From NCBI RefSeq assembly GCF_002105155.1, contig NW_019029002.1:1-64000 (forward strand): a DNA stretch of 64,000 nt. Reading direction: 5' to 3'. The notes beneath the pieces were generated by a model, which was given only the letters and a program-made list of their open reading frames with translations, was not told where the DNA came from and did not search any database. The DNA is from Lobosporangium transversale. Its lineage: Eukaryota. This document shows positions 51,240 through 64,000 of the stretch, piece after piece. The stretch's first letter is position 1. Each line of letters begins with the position of its first letter. The position numbers and the translations under genes are program-made.

Positions 51240-54200
51240 CTAGTGCCGATGTGGTGAAGATGTAAAAGATGCTGGTGATGCTGTATTATTAGGTGAAGCG
51301 TATCCAGGGACTGCCGCTGATGCTGTAGATGGAGACATAGATGCTGTTGATACAGCTGCTTCTACCGATGCTACAGGTACTGAAGCTTCGTTCCCTGCAT
51401 GGTCACCTCCCGAAGCACTCAATGCCATTAAGCTTGCTAAAGCAGACTTGGTCTTTATATCATCCGTCATCATGGCTGAAGGCGTTATCGTGGCCGACTT
51501 GAGATACAAACCCAAAGTATCTCCATTTGCTAGCGTTGAATTATTAGTATTGGAATGTGGACCAAGTGCTTGATCCAATCCGTTTAATACTGCAGCTGCC
51601 CTGCCGAGTAACATAGAAAGATGAGATACTTCTCTCTGAAGATCCTGTCGTGTCTGTTGCAGCACTTCATTGTTAGTCAATGCAGAAGTCCCGTTGCCTA
51701 ATGGCGCTAATGAGGTAGCCGTCGATGTGGAGGATACGGATGATGTTCCATTCATAGATGGCAGAGATGAAGGTGGAGAAGGTGGATGTTGTGGTCGGGG
51801 CAAGGGATAATAATGGTGTTGATGCTGGTGATGATGTGAGCTCTGATGCGGACGCGAAGACCCTGTATCCTGCTGTTGCTGATTCAAAAGCTCCGAGGCC
51901 CGTGGAAGAGACGTATGATGATGAGGGGATGGAAGAGAGATTGGCGGTAGGTGTGCTGGCTCGCTTGCTTCTCGGATTTTGTGACCATCGAAACTACCTG
52001 TATTGCTATGAGTTGAAGGATTTCGAAGTGTCGGCAGTGGATGGCTATAGTATGGAGAGTCATATCCTGAGCCACGACTGCTTGGTCGATCATATGGATA
52101 CGAGTACGAATGCGATAATGATGGTAAAGGGGATTCGTCTCTATGATGTGACCCGCCACGATGTGGCGATGCTGTTCGTCGACAATGTGAATATGATTCC
52201 GCTGCAGGACTAGGGGGTCTCTTTCCATAATGAGGTTGGAGAGGTGGGGAGTTAAGGCCAGGTCCTACAGAGGAACGCACGATGCCTGTAGAGGAGAGTC
52301 GAGTATTAAACGTGGATGAGGATGCCATAGTGGTGTATCCAGGCAAACGTGTATTCCAACCTGAAGAATAGGACGAGAACTGAGAGGACATCCTATCATG
52401 ATCGTTATCCATACCATTCGGACGGTGAGTGTGTGACCGTCCTTGGTACCCTTGCATAGTGATCGCTTGAGGGTGATGCTCATCTTGGTTATCATGATGG
52501 TCGCGATAGGGCGGAGAATGCGTGTGCCGTAGATGGTGTTTATAGTACGAACGTTGTGAGGGAGGAGGTGAAGCTGACTGATGATTCTGTGATGCCTGTG
52601 GCGAGCAAGCCCCATAGCGAGACATGGACATGTATTGTGTGGATGGATACTGGCCGTTATCTTGATAGATGTTAGGTAAATAACGAGGTGATTGAGAATG
52701 TGATTCAGGAGATGAGGATGAATGCTGTTGCATATACGGTGAGTCTCGAGCTTGGAGTGCATTATGACGCATTGAAGGATAATGGTTGCTCTCATTCTCA
52801 TTTTCCTCCATATTATGTCCATTACGATGGTCATCATGTCTATGAGTATGCCCATGCTCACTGCTGCCAATGTTCTCGATAGGCGACATGCTCCGTTGCT
52901 GCATCTGCTCTGAACTAACTGTGCTTTGATCGCGACGGCCCTGTTCTGGCTGCCCATTTACAGATCGCTTTGGATGAATATAATCCTCAATTGCAGGTAC
53001 GTTACGCATTGGTCCATTTGTATGACCATTGTGAACTCGTCTACGCTTTGAGGATGCTCGGTTATCCTGTTTATCCGTTTCGTTCTGTGCTGCATCAGAG
53101 GATGAGAGGGGCACAGGACTGTTAGATGTCTGCCTTATCTCTTTTATTTGCTCCATCTGTTGAACTTTAGTCTGATTGCGCGACGGGGAAGTTGCTTCCT
53201 CCTGCTGCTGCTCATCCGACTGTTGTTCCTCTGTTGAGGGCTTGTGTTGGTCAGATTCTTGCTGCGCTGACTGTGGAGGAGGAGGCGAACTGGTTATGAG
53301 ATTAACGCGTTTTCTACGCTTGATGACAGCCCTCTTCATCGTCACAGGCCTGTGCACGTTGTGAAGCTTAAAATACAATCCACATGCATTACAAATGGTG
53401 TTTCCGGAACTGTCACGGCGCCACAACGGTGTTGTTGTCGTTCGGCAGTTGGCACAGACGAGGTTCTGACGATTGGTTTGGTGCTGATTGAAGGAAGGGC
53501 ATCCAGCACAAGACTCTGCACCACCAGCTCCATTACAGTTACCGTCTCCAGGACATGATCCCGCACATTCGCTATCATTATCTTTGCCATTTTTAGATGG
53601 TTGCCCATTAAGACTATTAATATCCTCAGCTTCATCACCGCCATCTTCTGAAGTTTCATTCTTCTTTTGTGCAGTGTTTCGCTTAAGCCATGGTGGTCGT
53701 GTTAAATTCCTTGCTTTGAAATAAAGGCCTATTTTTTTTTTTTTTTTTTTTTTTTTTTTCAACAAACAACAAAGAGTTTAGCTGACATGTTCTTTCGTTG
53801 TTGTATCACCACGCACAATTAGGCATGGTAGGACAACAATCCCCCCAACAAATGATCGTGTGAGATGAGATGAAGGTGTTTATTCCATATTAAGAAACAT
53901 ACCACACGCATTACAAATGGTGGATCCGTCGCTGGCACGCCTCCACAATGGTGTTGTTGTTGTTCCACAGTTGGCACAGCTTGTGGCGGTTACAGCAATT
54001 TTAGGTGCCCCTTCTTTCTTGTTTGCACCCGATGTACTGCCAGAACTATTTCGGGCCTTTGGTGAACAGGAGCCGCTGGGACGATCAGATGGCGGTAAGC
54101 GAGGAGATGGGGTCATGGACGTTCCACTACTTCCGGTCAATGAGGAGGGGTCTTTTTTAGCTATTGTCTGAGGAGAATTGGGAGATGCCAACCGCTTCTT

Positions 54201-55040
54201 GGCTGCCCCTGTCTTTTTCGGAGGCGCAACAGCAGCGGTAGTGTTGACTGAGGAAGTGGCGGCGGAAAAATCTTTGGTGTGCTCAGAAGATGATGTATCC
54301 AACATGTCTGTGTCACTGTCGTCCTGCATATGATGATCAAGAGATTCGCGGTAACGATGGCTGGCATGGTGCCTAGCTGGTCGATCATTATTTTGATAAG
54401 GATTGTGAGAATGGGTATCCCGGTAAAAATGATGGCGAGTGTTTTCGTGAGATGGCCGATGAGGATGATATTCAGGCTCATGATGATAGTGCCTTGAGCT
54501 GCTAGACGGATAGCTATCCGGCGAGAAAGGCCTTGCTTCTGTCAACTCTGAATCCTCCTCTTCTTTCACGCGCACGTCAGTCATGTTTGTCTCTTTGGAA
54601 GAAGAAAGCATAAGCAAAGATGATGTCGCTGCAGAGGTAGATGGAGATGAAGGAGGATTACTGGAATAGGAAGAGTACTCATATGCAGCGGCATATGGCT
54701 TTGGTGTAATGATATCAGAGGGTGTAGTGGAGGAAAGCGATGACAGGGATGCAGAGGTGGAGATATGTGATTTTAGCGAGGAGGAAAGGGTGTTTGATGT
54801 AAGGATCGACCTATCCTTGTCACTATTGCCATTATGAGTATTTTTATTATTGCTGCTTTGATGGATTGTCGTCAATGCCTGAGATGTCGAGATAGGTTCA
54901 GATACAGGATGTGGGCCCCCAGGGGGAGTATTTTGTATTGGATCCTGCGTCAAACTATCTGTAGAGGAAGTGATGGACATAGGTCCATTAGAATCTCCCA
55001 ATGTGGTTACGGCTGCAGTCTGGCTGCCTGTGAAGGACAT
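51240..55040 (-). CDS. sreA: Iron-responsive GATA repressor (SreA/Fep1/Urbs1 type)
   Basis: Two CxxC-x17-CNACG zinc fingers flank the Cys-rich segment [21 protein letters not shown]-terminal coiled coil. Intron 53902-53729. Confidence 0.9.
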
Positions 55041-55994
55041 GTGAAGGAGTGGAGGGGAGGTGAGATGGAACAGAGTAGTATGCTAAAGATGTACGTTTTG
55101 TGGTGTGGTGTGGTGCGATATGATTACGACAGCGATGACCGATGTTAATGCTCTAAAGGATCCTATTGAAGTTGATATTGGTCTGTGTTGACGACGATGT
55201 GATTCAGCTTTTTTTTTTTTTTTTTTTTTTTTCTTAGAGGATATAACAAGTCCTGTGTGTATTAAGGTGTTCTAAAGCTGAAGAAGTCAAGAAAGAATTA
55301 GAAAATAAAAAAAAGTTCGGCGAAGTCAGTTTCGAATAGGAAGGGAAGCAGATCCTTGTTTTTATGAATACGTGAATGAGAAAGAATTAAGGGTACAAGA
55401 GGAGTGAATACAACCAGCAGGAACAAGAGTATGAAAGTAGAAATGAGTGGCGAGTAAAAAAAGAGAAAAAAAAAAAAAAAGAAAAAGAAAGACTGATTAG
55501 TCAAAAGCGGAAAGGAAGGAAATGAGGTTTCGGAGAATGGAGTGAAATGCCGAGGTGAAGAATTGGAACCAAATTTCCGAGAAGGGACAAAAGGATAAAA
55601 AAAAAAAAAGTATGTAACGCCTATTCCAATGGCACTGCAGAGTCATTCATTGTGATGATACATACCAAGGATTGCTTGTAGTCTTGTTGTTGAACGTTTA
55701 GAATGATAGCTGATAGAAAAGTAAGAAATAGAGAGAGAAAGAAAGGAAGAAAGAAAGAGATTGATATAAATAAATGTACAAAGACAAAGAGGAATCAGAA
55801 GTCAAAATAAAACTGAAAGAGTAAGGAAGAGGAATGAATGAAATGTGATCAACATGCTCCTGACATGACACAACAGAAGGGATGATGAAGAGTAACTTTT
55901 GTAACACGGGTCAAAGAAAAAGAAAGAAAAATAAATAAAAAAAAAATTACTTTATTGTTTTGATGCTTGAGAGTCTGTGAGTCTACATGCACAT

Positions 55995-56113
55995 GTGAGT
56001 GTAGTGTGTAGTGTGAGTGTGAAAAAGAGTGTGAGTGTGAGAAAGAGTGAGAGTGTGAAAGAGAGTGAGAGTGTGAAAGAGAGTGAGAGAGTGAGAGTGT
56101 GAAAGAGTGAGAG
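55995..56113. repeat. Compound GT/GA repeat with 18-bp periodicity
   Basis: GTGAGAGTGTGAAAGAGA-like units upstream of sreA. Confidence 0.8.
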
Positions 56114-56614
56114 TGCGAGGGGAAACAACCCGAAGGGTATTGAGGATTGTGCGATTGTGATGCTTTTGTCTATTTGACTTTTGATCAAAATCAAAGACTG
56201 ATCAAACCGAGATAAAACTCATCAGAAGCCCTTATCTCAATGTCTGCGCTTTTTTTTTTTTTTTTTTTGTCTCTTTGGTCCGTCCACATGCCTCTCTTTC
56301 GATCTCCATCTCTTTTTATATATATATATATATCGACTCGTAACCTTTTTTCTCTCATTCCCACATCCCAACAGCTATTCTTCACTCACTACTGTTCCAT
56401 CATGCTTTATGTTAATGTTCTAAAAAGAATATTATAAAAGCAGGCACATGTTCACATGTATTCAAACATTCAGTGTTGTTTTTTTTTTTGTTTGGCCATT
56501 TTGATCAAGATTTTTTTTATCAGCAGGATAGGAGTTTCAAATAAACTAAACAAGTTGCCACATTTGGTTGCTACATTTGGTTGCTACATACCGACCAATT
56601 TATATCGCTATTGT

Positions 56615-57123
56615 CTAGCAACGATGGTCGTGCCTGTCTCTATGCTGTCTATCATTACGGCTGCCACCATGGCGCCCCTCGTGCTCGCGACCATGATCAT
56701 GTCCAGTCCGGCGACCATCGTTCCTTCTTGGGGATCTCGAACGTGATCGAGAATGTGATCTGGATCGAGGCCCTTCTCCATAGCCCTGCTTCCTACTCTC
56801 CTTTTTCTTGTCCTCCTCCTCACTCCCACCACCATCGCCACGTTTGGTGTGCCGGCGATGCTACATGGTCCCAATAGGTTCACATCAGAATACAAATGGT
56901 CAAAATTGACCAAATTTGTTTGTTTGTGTCACAACCTTTTTTTAAAGTTCTTGATGAAGCAAGTTATAATAATGGTACCTTGTGGGCCCTCATCACCGCT
57001 AGAGCATCCTCCAAGTTTTCAACTTGGGGTCTGAAGTGCTTGTCCATGCGTCTCTTCGGACTTGGGCTACATCCGACTCAAATATTAGCATGGAATTTTT
57101 TTATTTTATTTTATTTTCTTTTA

Positions 57124-57186
<63 letters not shown>

Positions 57187-58387
57187 TCTGGAGCAGTTGC
57201 TATTGCTCTCTGTTAAAACCTTACCTTCTAGTTCTAGACCGGTTCCGTCTATTGTCCTTCTGATGATAGCTTGAAGAGTCTTTCCTATCCTTATAATCGC
57301 GTCTACTCTCCTTTACTCTTTCTCTTTCTTTGTCCCTGTATCGGTCCTTGTCCCTGCCCTTGTCCTTGTCCTTATTGTGCTTATGTTTATCTCTGCTGCT
57401 TTTATGTTTTCTCTCTTTCGCAGAAACAACATTCTGCCGGGTGGCTTCATCGTCTTCGTCTGCCAAAAGTTCAAACTGTTCACCAGCTGAAAAGCAGTCT
57501 GTTGCTAAATGTCCAGAAGCGCCACATTTCTTACACACTGTTTTAAGAAACACTCCTCCTTCCTCAATTGCTATGGGCTGCTTATCAATAAAAGTCGTAT
57601 GAGTCCTCTTCCTGTCTTCCTCTCCCGTCAACTTAACCAAATTGGGGTCTTTGAGATAAAATAATGTCGGAGGACAGGAGAGACTTGATATTGGTCAACA
57701 CTGTTCTTTACCCTTATCAAATAACAATAAAATGATGTCTACCCATCCTTACCAAGGTCGGTTCCATCACCTTGGCTGACATACTTCATCGATAAAGCAA
57801 TCTTCCCATCCTGTAAACTTGTTACTTTCACCTATCATTTACAAAGAAGATAGATTCAGATCCCTCCATCGTGCCAGCCATGTCTCTTGCGCTTTGTAAT
57901 GAATGATATCAAACAGAGAAAAAGAAAAAAAATCCTTCATATCAATGTGTCAAAAGCTGAACATGGTTTTACCCACACATGATCCCCACTGGCCACCACA
58001 TCTGAAACGTTCTCTGTGAAATGATTACTGGTCTGTCGCTTATGGACAAGTCCTTGTTTTCTGAATCCTGGGATTTGTACAAATGCGCCATAATCTATCC
58101 AAAAGTATCCCGGTTATTTTTTTATTTTTTTTTTATAACTGCCAGTAAACCATCTTTGAATTTTTCAAGAAAACGACCAAGTCTCTTGTTTAGGAAAAAA
58201 AAAAAAAAAAAAAAAATGCCTTGCCTTCAACACGAACAACTTGGCCACGATGAATCGAGTACAAATCAGGCAGTGGCCCGTCAACCTCCTTCAACTTCGA
58301 ACTTCTTGACTGTTGACCCTCTCGTGTTGACCTTTTGCCTGAGTTTGCAGCTTTGAACCTTTCAAATGCCTCCTGCTGTGAGTCCAT
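56615..58387 (-). CDS. S1-domain / zinc-knuckle protein with an RS-rich tail (ZCCHC17/pNO40-like)
   Basis: LYSIHRGQVVRVEDYGAFVQIPG, GLVH, KIALSMKYVSQGDGTDLDPN, CKKCGASGHLATDC, RSHSRSRSRSP. Five introns, the first GC-AG (58224-58095). Confidence 0.88.
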
Positions 58388-58559
58388 GGTGTATGCAAGT
58401 GTAAATGTACCAAATGAGACGACTTTGCAAGCTTACAAGGTTTCAAGTTCATCATCTGAGTGGCTTGCTTATTTATTCAATTCAATATTTTAAAATGGCT
58501 AATACAAAACACAGCAACGGTCATAGTTCCCTCGAAACTCAAATCAAAATAGCTCAAAG

Positions 58560-59847
58560 CTATTTTCTCTCGCGATTCCGGCGTTGTGCTGCCCGAGAAG
58601 CTGTTGAAAGGACAGGGCCACGAGGCCGTGTCGGTACAGGTGGAGCAGACGTCGAAGATACGGAAGAAGGAGGTGCTGCCGTATTGGCCGCCGCAGACAC
58701 AACCTTTTTGGGAGTCGCCAGGCGATTAATCGTCTCTGCTGAAACACCAGTTGATTTCCTGACTGTAGATGCCGCCGCCGAAGCCGGTGTCGGTGATGCA
58801 GAACTGACCGTTTTCCTCTTCTTCACTGGAGCTCCAACAACAGACCGTGCAGATGCTGCTGTAGTGGCGCCTGGATTTGCTGTCGGGATCTTTATGACAC
58901 GCTTATATTTAGGAATTTTTGGAGATGCAGACGAGACAGGAGATGTTTTTGGAGAATCCATTCGACGTTTTTTGTTCACGGGTGATCCAGATGGGCTGAT
59001 GGTAGCAGAGCCGGCAAATCTGCCAATCAAACTACGAACTGTGCCAGGCGTAGGAAGAGAGTTGACTGTAGGACTGTTACTATCCCTATCGCGATAATCA
59101 TCATCAGAGCCATTTTCACCCTTGATATCAACATCATTCTCTCCATCAATGTCTTCCAACGGTCTGCCTCTTTTTTGGCTCACATCTGCCCGTGAAGTAG
59201 AAGTCTGTTGATTGCCATTGGGCCTAGCTTTGCCGACGGAGAGTGCGGGGCGTATCACTGACTTTGATGATGGTGACGAAGGTGAAATGGACTTTATTCT
59301 TGGTGAGCTTGTTTTCGCCTCCCAGAACTGCTTGCGCTTTGCAACTGGTACAATTGTTTCCTCAACTTTTACATCTGCCAGGGGCATCTCTACATCTGTC
59401 AGCTCCTGCTTGACTGTCATTGTCAATTCAACATGGTTCATGCTACCTGCTTCAATATGTCTATTCTGTCCATTGCTGTCTTCTTGCTTGATGGCGGCCT
59501 CTTCTGGCTCTATTTTAACTTTTACGGGTCCCGCTGCATGTTCAGATGCAATTGGTTTTATAGTTGCCCCTTGTTCAGTCTCCTCAACCTTGACTTCCTG
59601 AAAAACCTCAGTTTTTACTTCCGAAACAACTGTGATAACGGTCGACACGTTGTCAGTTGAGTTTATATCTGCTCTATTGGATACGACCTGCTCAGTCTCA
59701 TCAATAACTGTCGCTTCTTCTCCTGCTGCTGCTTTAAGCATTGAGTCTTCGCTCTCTAATTGTTCGTGCTGCATTTCATGTTCTCGTAAAATCCTTCGCA
59801 GCTCTTCATTCTATAGAATACCGCCATTGAATTATGAGAAACTAATG

Positions 59848-59878
<31 letters not shown>

Positions 59879-60009
59879 GATTTCATAAGAACGCGTGAAC
59901 CTACACCAGCAGTTGTGTCGAGTCCGGCTTTGACGCACAATGCTTGCAGTTGAAGCCTTGTCAATCCTGAAAGATCGTCTTGTGTCATGAGAGTACTGTC
60001 ATTTGTCAT
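58560..60009 (-). CDS. Hypothetical protein with a SAP-like N-terminal motif, acidic middle and basic Ser/Thr/Pro tail
   Basis: LSGLTRLQLQALCVKAGL...NEELRRIL across one intron, followed by a 404-aa ORF ending near INRLATPKK. Confidence 0.65.
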
Positions 60010-60138
60010 GGATGATGGTGTCAATTATAGGCAGGTGTTGTTATTATTGATTAGAGAAAAAGAGTTGTGCAAAACTGAAAAAAAAAAAAGGAGAACATGG
60101 AATCCGCCACCAACTTTTATACATGTATTAAATTATGT

Positions 60139-62500
60139 TTATTGCCTGTATAAACCCCAAATACTGAGACTAGCCAAGAAACTGAAGGATGAAAAGACTG
60201 CAGAAGTTAAAAAGACAGCAGAGGGCATGACGACCGAAGTCTCTGAGAAAATCCAACCATAGAGAAGAGAAGAGAGTGACATAATAATCGTGTCCAGAAT
60301 ACATATTCCTCCTAGGGCCTTGCCAGTCTGGTGAACAGGCACAAAAGACGTCAATAATGAGTTGAAGGACGGATTGCTTATTGAAGCCAGTGCCCGAATG
60401 CAGCATGCTATCGTTTACCAAAAAAAAAAAAAAAAAAAAAAAAATTGGAACAGTGGTTACAGATAAAAATAAAAAAAAAAAAAAAAGAATGTGAAAGAGA
60501 ATGTGAGAGAGAATAGCACTTACAAATGAACATGCTAGTGTCCGTCTCAAAGATAAATACGATCAGGTATCCAATTGTGAATATGATACACCCAGAAATA
60601 AAGAACGTCAAGTCAGCCCAGAGGGTTTTCCACCGTTTTTCAGCCATAGCGGCTACATCCTGCGCTGGTGCCATCGTTCCGGTGATTTCTGGGCGCAATG
60701 CTTCCTCGGTCATACGAGCATCATCATTTCCAAAGCTTTCTCCTGTCTCAGAATAAAGCGGAGAGCTTGGGGTCGTTGGGTGAACTGTCTTCTTTGGACT
60801 CTGCTTATCAATGTAGATCTTGTAAAGCTTTTGAAGGTATGGAAAGATCCCGACGTAGACAATGAATGTGGCTACGCCTGAGAGAGCGTAGTAGGCCCCA
60901 TCTTCCTATTTTTTTGAAACAAACAATTTCCATTCAAGTCAGTGGATGGACCAAGCATGCAAAAGCACGAGATATGGCATCGATGAATGGATTACTTACG
61001 GCTGCTGTCCATTTAAAGACGAGATTCTGTTATGATAGATCGTTGGACAGTCTGTTAGTTAACTGAACCAAATCGCTGTCGATTTGGTATCTTTACTATG
61101 GACAATTATGCTCGAAAGAAGATAAAATAAATCATACCGTATATGGAATAAGGATGACCAAAATACCGTTGACGGCGAATTGAAGACATCCATACGCGCC
61201 AATCAAAATAACTAGCATATATTTGGAAGGAACAACATTCACGTCTCCTGAAGCATCGATTCTTCCCGGAACGAACAGGAGTAGAGGATCAAAGATCATT
61301 AGTAGACTCTTCTTAATAGTCATAATCGAAATACTCGCAGGCTTAGCAGTCGTTGTCGACAGGTCAGCATTGCTGCCTTTCTTAATACGACCCTCTTGAA
61401 GATTCTTTGGAAGCGATTCTGGAAGCACCATTGCGTAGACAATGAGGACACTTAATGTGGCAATGGAGATAGTCATTGCCGAGGTAACATCTCCAGTAAG
61501 TTTGAACAGATACCCTCCGAGGATTGATCCGAAGATCATTCCAACTGCCAATGCAACCATCATGTATCCGATAGAGAGACTCCTGTCAGCACGAGCAGTA
61601 CAATCAGCTGTTTATAATTGTGTTAGTTCAATAATAAGAACATCTACACTTGTGGTACAAAGAATTTTGCCAAGAAAAAAAAACCCTCTATTACGTACCA
61701 ACATATGCGAAAATAGCGGGTTCCAGCAGGAGCCCTGCACCTAAAAGTCCCATGATCAAGGCATCGACATACAGAACCCCAATACCCACGTTGGTGGCAG
61801 GATGGGCCATATAGACGATTAGAAGTTGCGTCAAAAGTGCAGGGATCAAAGTCAGAAACATTAGAGTCTTGCGTCCATAAACATCTGATAATGATGTATG
61901 GTATCCAATTGTGAAGATTCCTAGAGTATTCAGGTCGATTGAAGTATAAGAAGCGAGTATTGAATATGAGGCTCCATTCTTCATTACTGTTCTTCTGTCC
62001 TGTTCAGGAACATAGCCATAATAATGCTCTTTACCAGTAACATATTTGAGAGAACGGAAGCGACTCATCACCAAAGCAGCAAGTGCTTGGATAGCAGTTG
62101 TACTGCATGAATCATCATCATAATAGCTTTTGTGAGTGAAATCCCCAGATGTATTTGCAATAATAGTATTGCTAGATTGACCAGGGATATTGCTACCCTT
62201 ATGGTAGTCTTTGCAGATGATCTTAACGATGAGTTGATCCTGGGCGGCCTGGCTAACTCCCATTACGATCGCTATCATGAAGACGAACGGCAGAAGCCAG
62301 GCAATACTGGGTCTCTTGTACCAAGGCAGCAGCTGTAAAGTTGTCAGACGGGTAACCTCATCAAGTTCATCAATATGCTGTCCATCTTTATGACCGGCTC
62401 TTAAGCTATGTTCCTGAGTTACGTCCGTGAGTCTTGATCCTTGGCCATTAGCCAAAAGTGGCTGCCTTTCAGATGTCGACGCATTGTCTGGTAATGTCAT
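60139..62500 (-). CDS. Major facilitator superfamily transporter (SLC46/TetA-like)
   Basis: ERQPLL, PWYKRPS, SLSDVYGRK (motif A), FAYVADCT, LPESLP and many hydrophobic segments over several exons. Confidence 0.88.
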
Positions 62501-62534
62501 TGAAAATATAAAGTTGTAGAAGACGAAGAAAATG

Positions 62535-62568
<34 letters not shown>

Positions 62569-64000
62569 AAAAAATATACATTTAAAGCTGGTAGTTGGAA
62601 GCACAATGCATCCATATTTGGAAGTGTTCATGCTCTGCTTGGCACACATGTACGACAGACAAAGTTCGGCGCATTCATTCAGAAGGTATAGTTGCTACTG
62701 GTATGATGTCCACACTATGAAAGCGAATAACTCTCCTATCGTCATCGTTCCTACAGAAACAAAATACTGGAACCAATGCATGTGGCAGAAATAATCGAAA
62801 AATAGGACCCATACATCAAACTAGGCATTGTTCGCGCGATCGGATCTATAATGGACAATATATCCAAAGTCTTTCTAGTTTGGTTAGGTAGAGTAATGTT
62901 GTCAGTGCTGATATTGCTGCTACTGGTGTTCTCTAGTCTGTAAAAACGTTTACTATACGAAAAAAGAAAAAAGAAAAAAGTATTAGAGGGATAGCATTCT
63001 TGGTGATGATTTGTATTATCTTAGATTTGGTTCCCGCCGATAATAATTAATAATGACAAAATTGATCCTGATGATACCAACTGCCAAGCATGACAGCGTG
63101 GCAGTGTTTGTAACATCATACTGAGGAGAAAAAGAGGTGGACCAACTTTAAGAAACCTAAGACATCACCGACATGAGAGCTTTTAGCCATATGGCGTGTC
63201 TCTTCCGCATCAAACGTTTGATGAGATCTCTCCCTCATAATCGCCCAGTGAACTTTTATTGAGTCCTTTCTGGGCAAGCTTAATACGATCCAATGGAAAT
63301 CGATGTACAAACCGTCCTCACGTGGTGTCAATAAAAGGTATCATCAAAGTGAATTAATGACGGTGGTAATAGCTCGGTTATCAACGCCATGTTTGTTCCA
63401 AAAAGCTACACGAAGCTATGAACACAACGTTTGCCCACTATGCTAAGATTCACTGAATAGAGGATTAGGAAAATGAAGGCATGGCTCAATATAACATATA
63501 GTAAATGGATTTTTGGACCTATCTACGACGTCTACTACAGAAGGTTACTCGTGCTCTTTTACGTAGGAGAAGAATGAACACTAAGTCGACATCACATAGA
63601 AGTATCACCACTTCTTGCTTGACCTCCAAAATGACTCCAATGATACCATTCTGCAGCATGGCCGCCACATTACTTGGCTCGATTTCCTTCCTTGACAACC
63701 ATTTAACTGGATTTAGCGAGCGTATGGGCAATAAAATATAATACTATTCATATCTTCAATGTGCATCAATTGAACATGAACATCCCGTAGCATTTATACA
63801 AAACGTTTTTCTTCTAATCATCATCCAGGTATTAACCCAAAAGGCCAATCCACATATCAGGTATGCACTTTATAAAGCACAGGATAAGATGGAGGACGTA
63901 GAGAGGAAAGGATTTGAGTATGAACACTTTCTTTTCAGCGTAGAAATTGCCACATTGGTATATAATCCTTATCAGAACTGTACCCACACACCGGTTTTTT

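Noticed and set aside
58405..59097. 230-aa plus-strand ORF
   Set aside because: Antisense shadow of the low-complexity minus-strand gene, with no recognisable motifs.
63050..64000. Coding-like composition, possibly a decayed gene
   Set aside because: Frequent stops in the frames examined and no family assignable by eye.

Overview
Eukaryotic genomic DNA from an intron-rich fungus. Gene content and very long poly-A/poly-T tracts suggest an early-diverging lineage such as Mortierellaceae/Mucoromycota (inference). Bases 1-7,600 are a transposon-rich accessory block: an Ulp1-like protease gene running off the window edge, a Tc1/mariner-type MITE with a TA target duplication, several more inverted-repeat structures, a G-tract repeat array, and a spliced PD-(D/E)xK (restriction-endonuclease-fold) gene broken only by one poly-T frameshift. 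The rest is a gene-dense region: LSM6, THR4, a TBC Rab-GAP, a coiled-coil protein, VPS74, a Gti1/Pac2 transcription factor, a Tag-type glycosylase, INO1, a Pro-rich protein, a GPI-anchored protein, a RhoGEF, an HMG-CoA reductase, an SreA-type GATA factor, a ZCCHC17-like protein, a SAP-like protein and an MFS transporter. The main finding is that the HMG-CoA reductase (47858-51010) is class II (prokaryote-type), has three spliceosomal introns and intact catalytic residues, lacks a membrane domain and carries large insertions. Three GC-AG introns were also found. All gene models were built by eye without database searches.
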